Shown here one piece after another: positions 60,164 through 64,000 of a DNA stretch of 64,000 nt. Positions within the stretch are counted from its first letter, which is position 1. Each line of letters starts with the position of its first letter. The position numbers were made by a program, and so were the translations under genes. The stretch comes from a bacterium (lineage in GTDB: Bacteria; Patescibacteriota; Minisyncoccia; Moranbacterales; UBA1568), in contig JAKACP010000001.1 of assembly GCA_021821305.1 (NCBI GenBank), positions 468,349 through 532,348 of the forward strand, written 5' to 3'. A model generated the notes under the pieces. It did not search any database. It worked only from the letters and a program-made list of their open reading frames with translations, and had not been told where the DNA came from.

Positions 60164-60170
60164 TGATTAA

Positions 60171-60195
60171 GCGGGGCCATTTTGGCCCCGCTTTT
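60171..60195 (+). terminator. rho-independent terminator after dnaK
   Basis: gcggggcca-ttt-tggccccgc-tttt. Confidence 0.6.
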
Positions 60196-60220
60196 GTATA
60201 AAATTTAAAAGTAAACTTTT

Positions 60221-60994
60221 ATGGGCAGGTCGTACAAAGCTGATTTGGTAGAAGCGAAAAAACAGAGTAAGGAATTGGAGTCCCTAATAGCGGAACTGAC
60301 AGATAGAAATACTACGTTGGAGGAAGAACTTGCTTCTGCGAAACAGGAGTCTATTGATAATAGATTGGCGTTTGAACAAAAATATTCTACCAAAGAGAGT
60401 GAGCTTTTTTCAGAAAAACAGGCCCTGGAAGTGGAGAAAGGAGTCTTGAAGTCTGAAAATGATTCCCTCAAAAACACCATTACTGAAAAACAGGGCGAGA
60501 TAAATAAAATGCAGGTGAAAAAAATGGCATCAGAGTATGGAAATCAGGAAGATGCGTATCTTGAAGATACTATCAAGTGGAGTAAATATCTCTTGCTAAG
60601 TGCACTGGTACTTTTTTTATCTACATTTTGGTCAGTAATCTTTGCTTCTGGCAAAGCATGGTACGAGCGATTTGAATTCTACCTGATTGATTTCATACTT
60701 ATAAGTGCTGTTTGGTTTTGCGCGTGGCAATATTCTTACTATGTAAAGCTACGAAACGATTACGCGAATAGAAAAACTTTAGCACAAACTTATCACAATA
60801 TACTCCTGAGTATTGGCGAATCCGAAGACCCTAATGAAAATGTAATAAATATTGAAACTAAAAAAGAATTCATGAAGAAAGCAACGGATGTATTGTGCGC
60901 ACCAAGTATTATTGAAGCGAAAGAGCCGCTTCTCTCAAAAGAGCTGTTAAAGAATGCTGGAAAGACTGCGGAGGTTATTATTAAAATGAAATAA
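60221..60994 (+). CDS. AT-rich hypothetical protein: N-terminal coiled coil, two TM helices, C-terminal domain (island gene 1)
   Basis: GC about 35-40 percent versus 65 percent background. Coiled coil residues about 1-100; TMs YLLLSALVLFLSTFWSVIFASG and FYLIDFILISAVWFCAWQYSYYV. Confidence 0.6.
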   Translation: MGRSYKADLVEAKKQSKELESLIAELTDRNTTLEEELASAKQESIDNRLAFEQKYSTKESELFSEKQALEVEKGVLKSENDSLKNTITEKQGEINKMQVKKMASEYGNQEDAYLEDTIKWSKYLLLSALVLFLSTFWSVIFASGKAWYERFEFYLIDFILISAVWFCAWQYSYYVKLRNDYANRKTLAQTYHNILLSIGESEDPNENVINIETKKEFMKKATDVLCAPSIIEAKEPLLSKELLKNAGKTAEVIIKMK

Positions 60995-61024
60995 GCACCA
61001 CAGAAAAATCCGGTGCTTTTTGAG
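60994..61024 (+). terminator. terminator-like hairpin after island gene 1
   Basis: agcacc-acagaaaaatcc-ggtgct-ttttg. Confidence 0.45.
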
Positions 61025-61054
61025 AAGAAGCAATTCCTCTTATTTAGTAATTCT

Positions 61055-61642
61055 ATGGGTATCAGTAAAGCTCATGAAGATTTGTTGGATAGTGCTGAAA
61101 ATCTTTCTCAAAATATCAATCTATTTAGAAATGGTAAAGCCTCTGCCTATAGAATTATTGCGACAATATTATGCTCGTTACTTATTAATGACAAAAAGAA
61201 CGGAGCCTTTCTGAAAAGACTGTTTCCGAAAATAAAACTCCATCCGGTACAGGAAAATAATATGTTAAACATATTAAAATCTATAGGAGTAGATGAAAAG
61301 CATATAAAATTTCTTCAAGACGGGACCCTGTCAGTTAGAGGCAATGGAGATTCTGAACTAATACTTTTCGATTTTTTTGCCAAGCCAATAGAGCTGGATT
61401 CATGGTTAAAGCAAAGAGTTGTATACATCGAAAGCCCCATATCAATAGAAGAACTTTTAAGATCAGTTCGAGATAAAGAGTCATCTCATTTGGATCCAGA
61501 CTACAATGATACGCTTGCAAATACTCGCTCAGTTTCATATGGGGAAAATGGCTGTCACAAGGAAATTATTATTTCGATTGGAGAATATATATTACAAATA
61601 CTAAATGGTATAATTAATTTCAAAAATCTTCCGGATAAATAA
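61055..61642 (+). CDS. AT-rich hypothetical soluble protein (island gene 2)
   Basis: MGISKAHEDLLDSAENLSQNINLFRNGKASAYRIIATILCSLLINDKKNGAF… The ORF opens at 61013; ATG 61055 chosen. Confidence 0.5.
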   Translation: MGISKAHEDLLDSAENLSQNINLFRNGKASAYRIIATILCSLLINDKKNGAFLKRLFPKIKLHPVQENNMLNILKSIGVDEKHIKFLQDGTLSVRGNGDSELILFDFFAKPIELDSWLKQRVVYIESPISIEELLRSVRDKESSHLDPDYNDTLANTRSVSYGENGCHKEIIISIGEYILQILNGIINFKNLPDK

Positions 61643-61680
61643 ATTTTTGAGAAGAAAAGGAATCAAGTACCTTTTTCAAT

Positions 61681-61708
61681 AAAAACTGATATACTCGGAG
61701 CATAAAAG
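61681..61708 (+). promoter_or_regulatory. repeated cassette-leading motif AAAAACTGATATACTCGGAGCATAAAAG (extended -10 TGaTATACT), copy 1
   Basis: 28/28 identical to 63476-63503. Preceded in both copies by GAG(A/C)AGAAAAGGA… 25 nt upstream of island gene 3. Confidence 0.4.
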
Positions 61709-61732
61709 TTCATTGGTTAAAGTATCAAAAAT

Positions 61733-62242
61733 ATGGATAAAATGCTGAGAAATTCAATTATATTAGGAATTGTGGTCGTATCTTTTTCTGTTGGATACTA
61801 TCTTGTTGTATTTTTGCCAGAGAAAGAGGCGACTAGAATAGCTCAACAACAGCAAGAAAAATTATTGGATGAGCAGAAGGAGAGCGAGCGAAAAAGCAAA
61901 GAAGTGGCAAAGGAGCTGGAAATAAAAACAGCAAAGTGCTTTGAGGACGCAAAGAAATTTCATGAAAATTATATTAAATCCATAGCAGGCTATTATCAAG
62001 AACCAAAATATAACTATAATCAGAAGCTAGGAAAGTGTTTATATAGTGGGGGGTATAATAAAAAAACAGTACTTTTATCTGATGTAAATTCGGACAAGCT
62101 AGTAAAAACTCCCGAATATTATTGGGAGCGAATGGTAAAAGATGTTTATACAAACGAAACCTTAATATCAGTCTATAACTTCCAAGATACGGAAAGTATC
62201 AAGGCTTATTGGGATGAGCATAGTAAGCTCATGGGTAACTAG
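61733..62242 (+). CDS. AT-rich hypothetical protein with N-terminal TM anchor and extracytoplasmic domain (island gene 3)
   Basis: MDKMLRNSIILGIVVVSFSVGYYLVVFL…, then charged coiled segment and a Cys-containing Tyr-rich domain. Confidence 0.55.
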   Translation: MDKMLRNSIILGIVVVSFSVGYYLVVFLPEKEATRIAQQQQEKLLDEQKESERKSKEVAKELEIKTAKCFEDAKKFHENYIKSIAGYYQEPKYNYNQKLGKCLYSGGYNKKTVLLSDVNSDKLVKTPEYYWERMVKDVYTNETLISVYNFQDTESIKAYWDEHSKLMGN

Positions 62243-62286
62243 AGCAGAAAAGGAGCCCCTCCAAAGGCGGGATCGACGGGACTGTC

Positions 62287-62305
62287 GACTTTCCGACAGA
62301 AGGGC
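62287..62305 (+). promoter_or_regulatory. partial copy of the GACTTTCCGACAG… motif (copy 4), within hairpin ctgtcg-actttc-cgacag
   Basis: GACTTTCCGACAGAAGGGC matches the first 13 nt of the 22-nt family and sits about 55 nt upstream of island gene 4. Confidence 0.3.
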
Positions 62306-62355
62306 ATATTTTCAAGTTACAAGCTATTTAAATTCTTAGATTGAGGTGTGAGATT

Positions 62356-62682
62356 ATGAAAAAATTTGAAGAAATGCATTTATTGGTTCGGTACCTTGGA
62401 TATCTTTTCGTTGCCAGCATATTTTCGGCTGTTATCTTTGTGCGACCGAGCGACTCTTTTGATGAGTTAAAAAATAGTTGGGGATTTTTCCATATGGTAT
62501 CCACGCTTACGATGGGCATGAGCCTGATCGATATGGTGAAAAGTAGATTTACAGAGAATAGCAAAGCGGATTCTGGCGACGACCGCTCATTTGCTTCGGA
62601 TCAGTTTGTCTATCTGGTTTCCGGAGTTTTCGTCTATATGATCACCTTCGGATTGATTGTATCTGTGCTATCTTTTCTGTAA
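62356..62682 (+). CDS. AT-rich hypothetical small membrane protein (island gene 4)
   Basis: MKKFEEMHLLVRYLGYLFVASIFSAVIFV…FVYLVSGVFVYMITFGLIVSVLSFL with 2-3 TMs. The ORF opens at 62341. Confidence 0.45.
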   Translation: MKKFEEMHLLVRYLGYLFVASIFSAVIFVRPSDSFDELKNSWGFFHMVSTLTMGMSLIDMVKSRFTENSKADSGDDRSFASDQFVYLVSGVFVYMITFGLIVSVLSFL

Positions 62683-62739
62683 GGATATCGGAGAATCCTC
62701 CAATTCCAGATTGTTCTTGGAACTTATAGGTCTAAAGAG

Positions 62740-63441
62740 ATGGAAAGTGCAGGAATTGATTTTGTGAAAATCGACCTCGATGGAGCGGAGATCGACCTTC
62801 ATATACATCGCGCTGACAGTGATGCGGTATTGATTATGTATCCCGGTGCCGACGGGGACATCGATGGCTACAATGGAAAATACCGGAAAATCGCCGAACT
62901 CATCCGGTCGCGAAATATCGCGACGGTCGTCCGGATGGACAACCGATATTGTCCTGTCGCCCGTTTGCCATATCAGGAGTCGATGATCGTAAGGCTGGCG
63001 CATGTCATTGAGCACATCTATGACAATGCCGAACGGATAGCGCTGAGGAAAGAGGTCGGTCTATATCTCGCTGGCGTTTCCGCTGGGGCAAGTAGTGTAG
63101 CTGCGGTTCTGGATGATTTTCCGCTTGTGAAGAAAGTTTTGCTCGTCGCGCCTGCCGATAGCGCAGGTCGGGAAAATATGGAGCGCGGACTGCGGAATTA
63201 TAGGGGTGAGTTGTTTCTTGCAGCCGGAGAGGATGACGAAATCGGGGCACTTGACACCGCGCGGTTTTGCCATGACATATCTGGATTCGCTATGAGGAAA
63301 GAAATAGGGATCATTCCCGAGTGCGGCCACCAGTTCCGCGGTGAAAAAAATGGAAGGATTTTGGCGAACGCCTATCTATGGGCTTTTGCTGGCGAGGGAA
63401 ATTTTCCGAGTCACGAGGGTGGCATTGCTTTGTATGAGTAA
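62740..63441 (+). CDS. alpha/beta-hydrolase fold protein (esterase/dienelactone-hydrolase-like)
   Basis: Nucleophile elbow GVSAGAS (GxSxG); conserved His near the C-terminus (ECGHQF). GC about 50 percent, intermediate. Confidence 0.65.
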   Translation: MESAGIDFVKIDLDGAEIDLHIHRADSDAVLIMYPGADGDIDGYNGKYRKIAELIRSRNIATVVRMDNRYCPVARLPYQESMIVRLAHVIEHIYDNAERIALRKEVGLYLAGVSAGASSVAAVLDDFPLVKKVLLVAPADSAGRENMERGLRNYRGELFLAAGEDDEIGALDTARFCHDISGFAMRKEIGIIPECGHQFRGEKNGRILANAYLWAFAGEGNFPSHEGGIALYE

Positions 63442-63475
63442 TATGAGCAGAAAAGGAGCTAGATACCCTTTTAGG

Positions 63476-63503
63476 AAAAACTGATATACTCGGAGCATAA
63501 AAG
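63476..63503 (+). promoter_or_regulatory. repeated cassette-leading motif AAAAACTGATATACTCGGAGCATAAAAG, copy 2
   Basis: Identical to 61681-61708; 24 nt upstream of a small membrane ORF. Confidence 0.4.
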
Positions 63504-63526
63504 CGTATAAGTATTAAACAGCCATT

Positions 63527-63694
63527 ATGGACAAGATAAAGATCGAGAATCACAGCTTCACCGGATTCTCGTGGTTCGCCGGATGGCTCTTCACGATCGG
63601 ATTTCTCAAGCTGACATTCTTGAAGGGTGTCCTCGCGCTCGTGCTCTGGCCATACTTCATCGGACAGTACATAAGCGCCGTCGTCGCGGACTGA
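63527..63694 (+). CDS. small membrane ORF (55 aa), hypothetical
   Basis: MDKIKIENHSFTGFSWFAGWLFTIGFLKLTFLKGVLALVLWPYFIGQYISAVVAD. Below the ORF-track length cutoff; follows the repeated promoter motif. Confidence 0.3.
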   Translation: MDKIKIENHSFTGFSWFAGWLFTIGFLKLTFLKGVLALVLWPYFIGQYISAVVAD

Positions 63695-63833
63695 GGCAAG
63701 CGGGAAAGCTACACTCGGGCCATGGCGGCCTCGATCGCGATGAGCTACTGTCGAGCGAATACGCCGCCCGGGTATTACTGCTTCATCACCGACTGTAGTC
63801 CGACCTGACAACGGCGCGGGGGAACCCTTTGAG

Positions 63834-63862
63834 CCGGGTATCGAATGATACCCGGTTTTTTT
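63834..63862 (+). terminator. rho-independent terminator
   Basis: ccgggtatc-gaat-gatacccgg-ttttttt. Confidence 0.5.
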
Positions 63863-63942
63863 ATTTGATGAATGCAGGTACTCATCACGGGGTCGATCCG
63901 CCGGATGTAGGCTGATGCCGTAGTGAGGTGTATCATGACAGC

Positions 63943-64000
63943 ATGACATCGCAACGATACTTTCTTTTCATACTCGCCGCCATCGCATTCCCCCTGGTAA
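63943..64000 (+). CDS. partial CDS (5-prime end) of a hydrophobic protein running off the window end
   Basis: ATG 63943 then MTSQRYFLFILAAIAFPLV…; open to the window edge. Confidence 0.2.
   Translation, partial: MTSQRYFLFILAAIAFPLV

Noticed and set aside
63722-63808. 28-aa Cys-containing mini-ORF (MAASIAMSYCRANTPPGYYCFITDCSPT) upstream of the 63834 terminator, briefly considered as a RiPP-like precursor
   Set aside because: No SD, no adjacent modification enzymes, high chance occurrence in GC-rich DNA. Overlaps an equally unconvincing 75-aa ORF in another frame.

Overview
This 64 kb window is a high-GC (about 65 percent) bacterial chromosome segment. Most of it is housekeeping genes, mainly on the plus strand:
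- cell wall and division: ftsW, murG, murC, murB, mraY, ftsA, a class A PBP, an L,D-transpeptidase, a PBP5/6-type D,D-carboxypeptidase;
- translation and export: trmD, secA, hpf, queA, rplI, rpmA, rplU, alaS, cysS, pyrG;
- glycolysis and DNA metabolism: pgk, eno, scpA, scpB, recR, dnaB;
- heat shock: a CIRCE-controlled hrcA-grpE-hsp20-dnaK operon;
- one RNA gene: tRNA-Ala(CGC).

The dcw genes are split across the window, rplU and rpmA are uncoupled, AlaS is truncated, and there is a large DUF11-like surface protein. Together these suggest a reduced-genome, possibly CPR/Patescibacteria-like, organism; that is inference only.

The long minus-strand ORFs in the track that lie antisense to these genes are GC-driven artefacts.

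The accessory content sits on this backbone:
1. A three-gene cluster (16.0-20.1 kb) of secreted proteins sharing an unrecognised TG(D/G)N-containing repeat, the largest with DUF11-like domains and a C-terminal anchor.
2. A lower-GC island (20.1-26.1 kb) with a secreted Trp-rich protein, a processive GT2 beta-glycan synthase, a GH18 chitinase with two CBM5/12 modules, a truncated CDF transporter and a GIY-YIG gene abutting tRNA-Ala.
3. A strongly AT-rich island (60.2-63.5 kb) of small membrane and secreted hypotheticals arranged as cassettes behind a repeated extended -10 promoter motif.
4. A family of AC-rich/GT-rich hairpin repeat elements (three copies).
5. A 22-nt intergenic motif with a covarying mini-hairpin (four copies).
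6. A 150-bp promoter plus structured 5-prime leader duplicated in front of two unrelated hypothetical genes (riboswitch-like).
7. Several near-consensus sigma-70 promoters.

No CRISPR array, rRNA or obvious transposase was seen.
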